DNA of 64,000 nucleotides from Camelus dromedarius (lineage: Eukaryota): assembly GCF_036321535.1 (NCBI RefSeq), contig NC_087437.1, forward strand, positions 107,014,001 through 107,078,000, given 5' to 3'. Positions 1 to 12,175 of the stretch are shown one piece after another; within the stretch, counting starts at the first letter, position 1, and each line of letters opens with the position of its first letter. The notes under the pieces are model-generated. The model was given only the letters and a program-made list of their open reading frames with translations. It did not search any database and was not told where the DNA came from. Position numbers and translations under genes: made by a program.

Positions 1-270
1 TGACCCAAGGAGGGAGGTGTGTAAGCAGATGCCAAACTGGGAAATGGAGAAGCTTACTGCAGCCAAACTGGGACCGTGCTTCAGTGTCAAGGGAAGAAAT
101 TTGGACTTCTGAAAATTGGTAGTAACCAATGAGGGATTCTGAGCAGGAAGTGACTTTGTAGCAGGAGAATGAACTAGGGTAGGGAGAAAGTTGGAGATAC
201 CTAAGATGCACCTTTGCTAAAAAGACCAAGAGTTGGTGTTTACAGTATTCTAGGTGAGAGAGAACTGGGC
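1..270 (-). mobile_element. Decayed L2 (LINE-2) fragment
   Basis: Purine-rich run (gaaatttggacttc...gattctgagcaggaagtgac...ctaggtgagagag) resembles the antisense L2 3' region; boundaries approximate. Confidence 0.5.
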
Positions 271-939
271 TCCAGGTCCTGGAGGGGGATAAAACTGCCC
301 CCCCCCCAAATCCTTGAAAGTGAGTTAATAATGGAATCTTCAGGAGCAAAGGCCACATACATTTCACTGGAAGAAATAGTACCGTGTGACTGAGTGATGA
401 TTGTGCTCTAAAGTTGGGGTTACTGTATTCTGATATAAAATCATCAGTGCAGAGGTTTGATACTGATATTGAGAATTTGATTGATTGTAAACTAGCCTAT
501 AACTTAATGGATTTATCTTAGAAACAAAAATGGCTTTTTGCTTTTAGTCAGGGTATTTTGAACTCATATGTGAAAGATGCTTTGGTCTAAAATCTGCACT
601 TTCTTACTTTATGTGCAGCTTTGCAGGAATGATCTAAGACGGAAAATCAGATGGTCATATTGCAGTGTATTTTCCCCTACATTTTTATGGAAAATCACCC
701 ATGATCTACTTGGGCTTATATGATTTTTACTCATAAATATATATGAGGATAATGCCTCAAAGCTCCTATTTAATGCCTTCTGAAAAAATGTTCACATTCT
801 GGGAAGCCTTTCATTCGGGGCAGCTGCCTGGAAACACTTACAATCTCTGAGGAAAAGCTTTGAACGTGCAGAGGCATGTAGTGAAATGATGCATTGTTAG
901 ACAACTGAAAATCAAAAGTTCAACACCATAGCATCATCT

Positions 940-1070
940 TGTCAGAGGCGTGAACTGGCTCTGCTATATTCAGGACTATCAGAACTTGAGAAGCTTCTTT
1001 TATCTTTCTAAGCACCTATTTCCTCATCTGTAAAATGGGAGTACCGTTCCTATTTTGTTAAGTGTGGTGA
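940..1070 (+). mobile_element. MIR SINE fragment
   Basis: MIR core 'tttcctcatctgtaaaatggga' at ~1019-1040. Confidence 0.75.
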
Positions 1071-3479
1071 AAAAAAAAAAGCACTGAATAGGTGAATAAT
1101 CAATTACAGTGACATTTCTTTCCCTCCACTCTCTTCTCTATTCAAGTTAACATATTACCTAGCGAAGTAACTCTTGGTAGAAGGCCAGTTTAGTAGGATA
1201 CTGGTTCCCATTATTTCAGGACTATAATAAAGTGTTGGCAATGCCCAGCTTGAACCTGCATCTTAATTGGCTTTTAAAATTAGTAATATTCTTTACAGAT
1301 TATTACAGACAGTAAGTAACGTGATATAGAACAGACTTAATTTTCCATGACGTGGTTTGGTTTCTGAAAATGTGTCTTTTCAGTCCTCTTCTAGAGTTAA
1401 ATTCACATGTATATCTATTATATAAATATATTCATACCACCTCAGAAGCCTAGGATGGCAAAGAACATATAATGGTTGTCAATTTCCCTGAAAAAACAGC
1501 GATTATAAGCAACTGTTTTTCACATTGTTCATTTTTATAAGCAATGCAGGAACTCTGCATTTAAATAGGAAAATTGAGTAAATTCTAACATCAGAACCTG
1601 AAAAACAGTCTTAAGGATACTTCTACATTCCTTTTTGTGACTTGGAGCCTCTGAGTCATGGATGCCAGTTCATTATTAACTCAGCTTGGGTTTGTTTGGA
1701 TGACTTAGGGGGAGTGGGCGGAAAGGGCAGCGTGACAGCCATCAGGCTAACCACATCATTAATTCTTTTCTTCTGAAGCAGTCGTTGTCCTGTATCTGTG
1801 ACATCATGACTTTGTCCTCTTGACTGACATCTTAGCTTGTGACACTAAGCTGTCCCATTAGGACATCAATGCTGGGACTGTACTTGAAGTGCATCTGACC
1901 TGCTGATGCGATGTGTTCATGCTGACCTCTGCCCCTTACGCTTTGATCACCTTCCTCATCTTTTTCTGACTCTTCCAAACACCTATTCATATACCACTGG
2001 CTCATGGATATGAGTGTCCATTCCCGCCGGCCTAAGCAGAGCCCTGAGCATCCCTCTAATGCTTGGCATCAGTGGATAGAGCTCTTGTGCTGAAGGCTCC
2101 TCGCTGCTCCCCAGAGCCCCTGTTCTACAGGAAGCTGCTCTCAGCAAGCTGTCAAGTGAGAAAGGGAATCATGAATCATTAGCTGAAGAATAAATATCTG
2201 ATAAGGCCTAATGTGGCAGCCTTCACAGTCGTGCGTGCATTTTCTTCTGGGAATGATTATTTGAAAAATCAAAATGAAAATAAATGAATGATAGTATTTA
2301 AGGTCTAAGGTGCAGGATAGTAAAGATTTAGGGAACAAATAGTATTCCTTGATGTCAAGAAGGCCACATCTAAGCTGCTTTACATTTTAGAACCATCCGT
2401 GAATTTTTATGATGATCCAGTCAATTAAATAAAATAAAAATGAGTGAACATTCAAAAGATTATTTGACTCAATTTCTTTTGAGTGACTAGGCAACCAGAG
2501 TCACATTAGTTGTGGATGTGGATACAACTTTAGTGGTTTCTTGGCAATTTCAAATTTAATGAAACATGAATACCATAAGCCTAATAAGCTTTTATTTTAT
2601 AAGTACCTTTCCATCATCATAATAAACAAACTCCTAGCAAAAAATGGCTAAAAAATCTTACAATTAAAGGACACAAATCCAATTTCCAAACCTGTAAATT
2701 AGCATTAAAAATTTCTTTTTCTTTTCTCCTTCATTCCCTGCTGCACGGGGTTATTTAAAACTAAACCCAAAATATCCACCCCTACAGCTAATATAACCTG
2801 CATATAAATAGAGAATGCATGTCAACTTTTGACTTAAAGATTCACCAAGTAAACGATCAACTTTTAATGATTTCAGCACTAGGGAGGAAATGTCTTCACC
2901 ACCATAAATTGGTGTCATTAGAAAAACAATCTATTTTACATCTCAATATTAGCAATATTATTTGCACTAATGTTAGACTTTTTCAAAAACTAAAGAAAGC
3001 AGCTTGCCTTAAGGTTATCATCGGAAGCAAGTAAATTGTTTTTTTTTTTTTTAACACAGAATACAGTTTACTGTGTAATGTCTAGCCAGCATGAAGCCCA
3101 GAAAAGAAAATCCCTCATTAAAAGTGTCACTTGTTACAACAGCAATAATCAATAGAGCATTAAACGTCACATTTTTATTGCAATGAATCGGGGATAAACA
3201 TGAAGACCACAGCGCACCCTTTATAAATGGTATCACTTGTAAATGTCAGCAAGGACTTATTTAACACTAAAAATCTATAAGAATTTGCAAAGGGAGTTTT
3301 AAAATTCTTCCAAGACAGCTGAAGTTTACATGAGGAAAGGGCAGCTATATATAGCATGTACACACAAGGTAATATAAAATATGAATAGATTAAAAAAAGA
3401 ACCAAACTCAGTTCTAATTGGAACGTTCATTATATTTGGTATTCTAGAAAGTGCATGTACCGAAGGCTGCAAGTTTGAC

Positions 3480-4027
3480 ATAATGAATATTTTATTGGGT
3501 ACCTTGTTTTCTATTCACAGAAAGCAGGCTTTCTTTTCTCCACATAAGCAGTATATCTGTATAGGGAGAAAGCAGAGAGCAGCCTGATACATAAATGCAG
3601 CTGGCAATTCATCATTCGGATGGCTTGCGATCGTTTTCTGGGAAACTGTCTAAAAGTTTATCATATGTGACATTTAGCAGCTCGAAGTGTTCATCTCTCC
3701 ACACAACTGAGTGAAATTTGGCTTGATTATTCTGGCGGTTGCTCTGTAAACTTGATCATCGATGGAGAAGGTTCCCAGGAATTTTCCAAAGCCCACACTT
3801 TTTGTATTTGCTGAGTGTCATGTAGGATAGTCAGGACACTCTGCCCTGGGAGGAGAAGTCATCTTATATGATAACAGGAGTCCCTGTTGCTTAAATCAGC
3901 GGGGAAGTGATGCGCGTAGGTTACGGAAACCATATCTGAGCGACGGCCTGGCCATTTTTTCTCTTAAGGGACTAGTTTCAGTTTCTCTCCAAGGATTTGC
4001 TTCAAATTGAAAACACTTAGAGAAACT
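3480..4027 (-). other. Candidate terminal exon of an unidentified minus-strand transcript
   Basis: Minus-strand acceptor cttatcttttctacag| before 4027; AATAAA on minus at 3491-3496 (also 3174-3179, 2591-2596); no recognisable repeats; local CpG retention at ~3895-3950. No protein similarity recognised. Confidence 0.2.
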
Positions 4028-4649
4028 CTGTAGAAAAGATAAGTATTGTGTTCTGAATGAGCTGGGACAGTTAAACATGCAATATTATAATTTTTCCAAG
4101 TTAGCATTTTTCAGAAGGAAGATAATCAAATAAAGCCTGGGATAGCTTCTATTTCAAACAAACAAAAAATTATTATTATATCCAGACCTTTTTAGAAGTC
4201 AAAAGGAAAGGACAGAGGACGTCATAAGCATGTCAGCTCACGCCTTGAGAAGAACAATACTCCATAAGCTTCCAGATATACCACCAGATTAGCAGCCGAG
4301 CTTTCTACAAGAACGGATACAATCATTTAGCATTTCTTTTTAGTTGGTAAGTGAAAACTATCACTTCCAACACAAGGACAATTGTCAAAGCAGTATCATT
4401 GCTTTCTGTTTCTAGTAATTTCCAAAGCAGTGTAGAGTTCTCTGTTTTGTTCTGTTTCTCAGATTGCGTAACTGAAAATGATACCAAGAAAATAGAAAGT
4501 TTATCTTCACACAATGCCTAGAATTTCACACAATGGCAAGTTAACAAAATACATAAAACAAAGCCAAGGTAGAAATAGGAAAAATATTAGATGATATAAT
4601 AATAAAAAATCATGCTATGTGGCAGGCCTTGTGTTAGATCCTTAGATAT

Positions 4650-4978
4650 GTTCTATTAGTCTCCCCTTGCTGCTATTAGCAAATTACTGCAAATATGTAG
4701 CTGAAGCAACACCAGTTTATGATCTTACAGTTCCAGAGGTCAGAAGTCTAAAATGGGTCATAGGGCTATGCTCCTGCTGGAGGTTCTAGGAAGGGAAGTT
4801 TCCTTGCGAAAGACCCTTGGGATTACATTGGGCTCACCCAGATCATCCAGGATAATTTTCCCATCTCAAGATCCTTACTCACATCTGCAAAGTCCCTTTG
4901 TCTGTCTGAGGTAGCATATTCACAAGTCTTGGCATTATGACGTAGACATCTTTGGGGACAAATATTTTTCCTACCACA
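4650..4978 (-). mobile_element. MLT1D-like MaLR solo LTR with internal deletion
   Basis: Reverse complement of MLT1D hallmarks: gattacattgggctcacccagatcatccaggataat...catctgcaaagtccc...ctaccaca terminus. Confidence 0.8.
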
Positions 4979-6299
4979 CATGGATAGTATAAAAATGTTG
5001 TATCATTTCTGGCCCTACCGTTTATCTACTGGTTGGCCCCTATCATCTATTGGTTATTGGTTATTATTGTTTGAAATTCCTTTTTCAATATTGAATGAGA
5101 GGGGAGTAGGGCGATTCAATTAGTAGACAAGCAGAAACAGGAATGACATCATCTTACTAAGACCTTTCAACCCCACCCACACTAAACTTTCCTCAACAAA
5201 TCTAACTTACAGTGACATTGATTCTGATGGAAAAGGATTTGGCTGTACTTCCCTTTTCTGCTCAATTCCAACATGTTTGTTTCTTGCAAAGGTGCACATG
5301 AGCTGTGAAATGGTGGGATTGTGAGGCAACACATCTTAAGAGCAAACGAAATTGGAGAACTGATCCACGTGCAAGATAATAAAACTCTGATTACTCAGGG
5401 AGAATGGACTCCTATTTAAGGAACAATGGGATTGCAATTATTGAATATCTCCAAGGAGAAAGATCATCCAGTGGAGTTACAGGGAAATCAGAGCACGATG
5501 ATGTCTTTTGCCAACCCACAGACCATCTTACGTTGTCGGACTGTGCTTTGATTTAATTTTCACAGAGACATGGTGGTATGTCTTTTGCGGAGCTGGGGGT
5601 TGAGAAACAAAGCAGAAAATTACTTAGAAGGCTTTTTTGGGTCTCATCTTCTATTACCCTGTGTACACTGACATTTTACAGTAATGAAATTCTAACTACT
5701 CAGGCCTGTACCTTCAGGGTAGCTAAACCAACAACATAATGAAATTTATCTACTTAAAGCTGGTTTTGCAAAAGAAAGAAATCAGTACCTAAACCTGTAC
5801 TAAATTTCATGTCCTAGTGAAAATCATTTAAAGTGAGATCTGGTTTTGGTATATGAAAAAAGTTCTCACATTTCCATTTTATATTAAAACAATGAACTTT
5901 GAATCTTATGTTTCTGACCTGAATCACAAAGATATCTTTATATAGCTAAGTAATTATTACTGAGCCCCGCCCCCCAGGTTAATTAACACTGTCTCACTCC
6001 TTCACGTGTGCCGTGGGTCCATCTCCTCTTGCTTCCTCAAGAATTCACCCTTGCATTATCATGTCTTAATCATGCATCCTTAAACTCTCCCTCTCTGCAG
6101 GATAATTTTCTTCCACAGAGAAATACCCTTGAGTATCATCAATATTAAAAACCAAAACTAAACTGAAAACAAACCTTTCCTTGATGTCTATCTTCCTGAT
6201 GTAAATTCTCTCCACTCCTTATAGACAAACACAACTGAAGAATTGTCCATGCCCACTGTCTATACTCTTTTGTCTCATTTGATCTTTCTTTGTAGCTAG

Positions 6300-6530
6300 T
6301 AGTACATACTTTAAGCAAGAAGAAAAAAATATAGAGTATAATATAATTGACACTCATTATGGTTCCCACTCAATTTTGTCAAATCTTAACATTTTGAAAA
6401 ATTTGCTTCATAGCCTTTTAAAGTAAAATAATTCAGCAGAGACAAACCCTCTGTTTACCTCCCAGTCCCACTCCATTCCTCTCTTACAAAGGTCTTGATG
6501 CTGTCCTGAATTTGTGTCTGTCACTTACTA
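6300..6530 (-). mobile_element. Old L1ME-type 3' end fragment
   Basis: aatataattgacactcatt...aacattttgaaaaatttgcttca...cctgaatttgtgtc pattern typical of antisense ancient L1 3' UTRs. Confidence 0.45.
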
Positions 6531-6598
6531 TCTTCTCTCTACCTAGCTTTCTCATATCAATCCTTTCTGACTTCTCCACTTCGAAGTCTCAAATACAT

Positions 6599-7600
6599 TG
6601 CATAGGAAAGAACAAATCTGACTCCATGTTAGATCTGTTCCTTTAGCTCTAACCCTGTGCTCTGTTTCCTGTGCTTAGCCATGCTGGTTCTGCACCTTTT
6701 GTAAAAGAATACTGCCTATAGCCTGAAATATAGAGAATAACCTATTCTCAAAGCTCTGACTTCTAAGGGTGTCACACTTTCCCATTCATATAGAAATAAA
6801 AAGTTGCATAACAGAGAATAACATTTGTCATGTTGGAGATTTATAGGAACATCATGACCTGACCTATGTGGACAGCTGCAAGAACAAAAGATCCTGGCAC
6901 CAAGAAGTTTGCAACAACTAACCACACCCCCTCACTTTTTAGTATAAAAGTGAAGGGGGAGGAAAGGGGGCAGGGCACAGCCATTGAGGACAGGACACAC
7001 TGGGTAGAACTGAGATGGCAGAAGATCCGACTTCCAGTAGACCTTGAGCCTCATGGCACAGCCACAGGCACCATGACAGTTCCTAGGCTGACCATAAAAG
7101 GTCAAAAAGTGGGCGGGGGGCATTTCCTGGAAATCCTCGCCCCTTCCCAAAGGTAGTTGGAATAATCCTCCTGCCCATTAGCATATGGAATTACTGAGCC
7201 CATAAAACCTAACAACTCCGCACCTCGGGGTCGCTCTGTCATGCTCACCTTCTGAGATGGCCCGCATTCTGCCTATGGAGTGTGTGGCTCCTAAGCCATT
7301 TTCCCTTCTGAGAGAGACAGATCTCACTCTGTGCATGGAGTGTGTCTCTCTAAATACACATACTTGCACTTTACCGTACTTTGCTCTTGAATTCTTCCCT
7401 GCATGAGTAAGAGCACACTCTCTCCCGACAAAAGGAGCCTGAATTCTGACTTGGGGAAGATGACTCTCTAAGGACATTAGTCCCTCATCTTCTTGGTCTG
7501 CTGGCTTTCTGAAAAAGTTGCTATTCTTTGTCCCAACACCTTGTCTCCGGATTTATTGGCCTGTCGCACGGTGAGCAGAACGAGTTTGGATTCGGTAACA
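6599..7600 (+). mobile_element. ERV1-class solo LTR (MER34-like), split by a second LTR
   Basis: Starts TG (tgcataggaaagaacaaatctgactcc), ends gagtttggattcggtaaCA; removing 6951-7434 restores tataaaag-gagcctgaattctgacttgggg. Confidence 0.8.
6951..7430 (+). mobile_element. Younger ERV1-class solo LTR (480 bp) nested in the previous LTR
   Basis: TG...CA termini (tgaaggggg...ctcccgaca) flanked by a 4-bp TSD AAAG (6947-6950 / 7431-7434). Confidence 0.85.
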
Positions 7601-7764
7601 AGTTAAGATTACCATATCAAAAACTGGACTCTTAGACCTTATAACTTGTGTCTCTTTCTTTTTGTCATGTTTATGTCAGTGTTGTCACAATCGACCTAAT
7701 TGTTTAGCCAGAAACACAAGTGTCTTTCTAGATAAACAGTTCTGCTTATGTCTACACTAAATCT

Positions 7765-8272
7765 AGGACAGTTGTTCTGGATTCCGTCTTCAGAGCAACA
7801 TCCTGATTCCTAATCTGTTTGTCCTTCCACGGCTCTGCTCTCCACTGGAGGTGGCTGATTCCTGCAGACTGAATTCTGCAGGCTCCAGGATCAGCTAGAC
7901 TTTATCAATGGGCAGCACTGTGGTGTGAGTGACAGTGGGAGAGACCTATCCGCCTCTTGTCTGGGGCAGCATCCCCTGCATTCACTTCATCTCCTCCCTG
8001 AGCTTCAGCTCCTTCGGGACCAGCCCACTGTGATTCCCACCTCCACCAGATGACGCAGCCTCGGGTCTGCTAGCATCACCGCCTCCCTCTGACCCTCCCG
8101 CCTTGGGGTGGTAGTAGCTTCTTGATGTTGTTAATCCATGGAGGGTCTCACCACCAACATTTTGCTTCTCATCAATTCCATTATAGGGATAATGGATTCC
8201 TTGCTTTAAATCCTCTCATTCTAGAATACTTTGGATAGAATCTGCTTTTCTGGTTAGAATCCAAATAATACA
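7765..8272 (+). mobile_element. LTR33-like ERVL solo LTR
   Basis: ttggggtggtagtagcttcttgatgttgttaatc and terminal ctgcttttctgg...aataataca match recalled LTR33 features. Confidence 0.7.
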
Positions 8273-9068
8273 ATTTATTTTCCCTGTGGACAATTGCCAC
8301 ATAGATTTCCAACCTGTATCTCTTTATTAATTCCCCAATCCATTCTTTTTACTGTAAATTGTATCAGATCACTGGCCTGTGTAAACCCTTTATTAGCTTT
8401 TCACTACCCTTAGAGTAAAAGATGAACTGCTTTTCAGTCTTAGCCTGTACCACTGCCCTCCCTGCACCCCTCAAATACTCCACAGCCTGGATGATTCTTT
8501 TTCTTTTACTGGAAATGACAAAGCCTTTTTCACTGCAGAACTTTGGTCCATGCTGTTCCCTCTGCTTGAAATGTTGTTCCTCTCATGAGTCCTGACTGAG
8601 GGCGGTTCATCCTTCAGCCTTCAGTTTATTTAAGAGTAAAGCTTGGACAGCTTGTTGATCCAGAGACATCCTTTCATCTTAATAGATAAAAATAAATTGC
8701 ATGAAGGTCCTCTCACCCACTAACCCAGTCCTTTATTGATAGGACATCTGGGCTAGTTTTAATGATGAAAGAATAAAGGTGCAATAAAAAAGCTTCAGTG
8801 TAAATCCCTTCCTCACAGATTTCTGATCACACAAGCCAGAGCACATCCTCTGGTTACTGGCTTTTCGTGAAGCTGTATTTTTTTTTCTTCCTTGGATGTT
8901 ACCACAATTTGTATTTATTTAGTCACTTATGAGTTCATTGGTTCAGTGTCCTTCCCCACTTCCTTCCGCAGAGCCGTGAACTTGGACATGTGATGGGTCT
9001 GCCCACCACTATTTCCTCAGTGCCCCGAAGAGTATCTGATACAGACAGAATGTTCCACTGCTATTAGC

Positions 9069-9534
9069 TGTGAGATAAAATTCGTATTTATGGCAAGACA
9101 AGAAAAATTTAAACATAAAAAAATTTGTCTACTCTTTGGCCTCCTCTCTCTCCTCTACTGTGCATTGTGTGCTCACATGATGATGCACTGACCAGACCTC
9201 CCCATCAGCATCAATACCTGCTCAGCCTTAAACAGCAACCTTCTCCCAGCACCAACCAGACAACTCCTGAAAGACAACATTGTCTCTCGATCTCGTAAGG
9301 GGCCATGATGACCCATGACCTCGCTACTCGCTGGATTATATGAACTGTCAATAATACATCTTTTAACGTACAGTCTTCTGTCTCAAAAAGTTTTATGAGT
9401 GTGCTTTGACTTCTAACAGGTGGAACAGTTCTTGGAGCTTTTCGAGAGGCTCTTCCCAAGTTATAATCCTCAGTTTGGCTCAAATAAAATTGTCCACTTC
9501 TTTCTTAGACTGACTGATTAATTTTTCATCAATA
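9069..9534 (+). mobile_element. ERV1-class solo LTR
   Basis: Starts tgtgagataaaa; U5-like agttataatcctcagtttggctcaAATAAAatt...gattaatttttcatcaata (decayed terminus). Confidence 0.65.
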
Positions 9535-10639
9535 AGTGACTATAGTTTAAGTTTATTTTTCAACCCAATTAAAAATCAGTTTGGAATTGAAATTGAACAC
9601 ATTCATGAGACTAGCTCATGATTTTGCCCATACTGGTTGGCGTTTCTGCCACAGACCTGAGACAGGGTTTGACCTGTCTTCCGGTTGCCTAAGCTGTGTA
9701 TTCTGCTTTTGCCCGGGTGCTTCTCTGAACTGTGACATTCGCTACCCTTAGAAAGCAAAACAAAACCAGATAAAATCTGGAGGTAACTTTCTTTCAATGG
9801 AAAAGAATTTTCTGGATTGAGAAAAAGGCTCTTTTCAGTACATCACCAGGAAACCTTATTTTCCTCACCCAGTTCCATGATTCTTCTTCTCAAAAGCCTT
9901 TCTTAAAAATAGTCACCAACTGTGGCTAATAGCAAGCACTGCAGACCAGGGACCACTGATGCAGAGCAAAGGGAGGGGTGGGTGTGCAGGTCTGACTCAG
10001 ATGAAGAAACCATCAGTGGCCTGTACATCACATGAAGGTGCTGTGATTCCATCAAGACATTCCATTTCAAACTGGACACATGAAATGACGCCTTTAGGAT
10101 TTCACGTATGGTTTTATTTCTTGCAAATTTCCTTCCTTAAGCAGGAAGGACCAAATATATTATAGTCTATAATTATCTACTTTTTTTTTCTGTTTGAAAA
10201 ATGCCTGGTTGCCTAGGAAGGGGGTGACAGGTATGCCATAAATACACCTTCAAATTATCTTTAATTTTTTTTGCCAGATCAAATTATTTTTCCCCACATT
10301 GCCTCTATTGTGATGGAGGTTCATTAGAATACAAGCCCCACTCTGTACTGGCTTGTTTGGCATATATGCAAACTGTGTACGGTCAATTAAGTATGAATAA
10401 AATATTCTACTTTCCATTTGTTTTTCAATTTATTATTTGACATAACTTGGCTTCTGTGGAAAGCAGCTATTTATATATCAAGAAGAAATACCCACTTACA
10501 AGATAATTTATCTAGCATGCTATCAGCCAGAGCTCTTCTAACAGATTATTTCTCCCACACCCAGTGCAATGAAAACTAATGTTTACAATAGTGATATTGA
10601 ACAAATAATAACCCCGAAACATCACGAAATTAACCAGTT

Positions 10640-10750
10640 AATCCAATCCCATAATTTTAGGTACCGGGGAAGTGAGCCTCTGAGAAGTTATCTGACCCCA
10701 ACTCATGGTGAGCTGTGGGCCCGGGATTGGAGTTTGAGTGTTCTGACACC
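10640..10750 (-). mobile_element. MIR fragment
   Basis: Degenerate antisense core attttaggtaccggggaagtgagcctctgagaagtta. Confidence 0.55.
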
Positions 10751-11559
10751 CTTGTAAGGTAGTCAGTATCTCATTCTTTGCCTAGAATTTTCTTCCTTCC
10801 ACAAATATCTCTTCTTAATTATTCTCAATTGTCAATCTTTCCATTAGAACCAAAAGTTATTTTTGTGAGTTTTGAAAGTCAAAATATACATCATATGTAC
10901 GTCTTTTATCTTTACCCTTAGGCACAGTGATTGCTCATTTAATAAACTGATGACAAATCCTTTTCATACCTGCTGTATAATCAAAATCATCTGTGTTGAA
11001 TATTATTTTTCTTTTATTAAAATTTTATTATATTTGATGTAAACAGAACATATGGAAGCATATGTGAATTAGGTAGGTAACAAGCACTTATGTATTTACC
11101 GTGTAATGTAAGAACTAGCACGTACCCGCTTCTGAAGCTCCCTAAGTGTTCTTTTGTCTTCCTTTTCCTTCTTAGTGTTAAGCATCTTTGTCATTCTTGA
11201 GTCTTCAAAAATTCCTGATCTGTATAGGAAACATAGTAACTCTGTCCAGTGCAATTAAACGGGAAAAGTCTTCTCGATCATACTGTACTCATGGATTAAT
11301 TTATTCATTGAAACCATCATTCATTCAACCTCTAATGAATACTGATGCTCTATCATCAGGTCCTGTGCCAGGAGATAAGAGGCGGTATTACACTACACTA
11401 AGTAATGTAATTTTATGCATTATAGAATAGATGATATATATACATATACGTATAAAATCAATTTCTATATATTTCACAAGATGTTTTAACTACTAGCAAA
11501 GCCATAATATGTAACAGGACATTTTACATTTATTTTTCCTTTAAATAGTAATAATATCC

Positions 11560-12175
11560 ATCAGTTATTGAATATTTAGTATGTGCTAGGCACTCTTAAT
11601 TCTTATGACAAATTTATGAGATTGTGTGCTATTCGGGCTATGTGAATTGCTGCACCAAGCACCCCAAAATCTCAGAGACTTAACAAATAAAAGAGTTTTC
11701 TTTCTTGCCCATTTCCCTACCTTCAAGCAATGATTCTGCAATCTAGCAATTCCAGGCTTCTTCAAGCTAGTAGTCCTCACGGAACCATTTCTGCCCTAAG
11801 CCTCCACCTCTTCCACCGGGTCACTTGCCTGCAGCTGGCTAACCAGTGAAGCAAACATGCGGATGGACTCCTGGGACGTTTCAGGAGCCAGAACCTGTTC
11901 TGCTCATGTACCCTTGGCAAGTACTAGGAACAGCATCCATTTAATTCATGGGTTGCTGGGAAGTAGCGTCTACTTGTGTGGCCACCAGAAATGAAAGTGT
12001 TTGGGAAGCTTATGCTGTTCTCTCTGCCGCAGTTATGTGCTGTTACTATTCCCAGGGTATAGCTGAGAAAGGCAAGGATTAGAAGGACAAAATGACATGC
12101 TCATAGTAGGCAAACTGTTGAGCTGAGAGTCTATCTAGAGGCCACTCTCTCACTCATGACCTCATACTGCCTCCT
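11560..12175 (-). mobile_element. MIR split by an old MLT1 (J/K-like) MaLR LTR (~11625-12030)
   Basis: MIR pieces at 11560-11620 and 12035-12175 flank MaLR-like accccaaaatctcagagacttaacaaataaaagagttttctttcttg. Confidence 0.55.

Larger units (their letters stand above)
5990..9068 (+). mobile_element. L2 3' region, fragmented by several later insertions
   Basis: Colinear L2-like pieces: tctccacttcgaagtctc (6573), accatatcaaaaactggactc (7611), ccatgctgttccctctgcttgaaatg (8548), 3' end ctcagtgccc...tattagc (~9015-9068). Confidence 0.6.

Noticed and set aside
1985..2015. Hairpin attcatatacca...tggatatgagt as a possible pre-miRNA
   Set aside because: Stem of only about 11 bp with a bulge; too short for a Drosha substrate.
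8043..8057. CTCF-like CCACCAGATGACGC
   Set aside because: Mismatch at a key G and located inside an LTR33-like repeat; no independent support.
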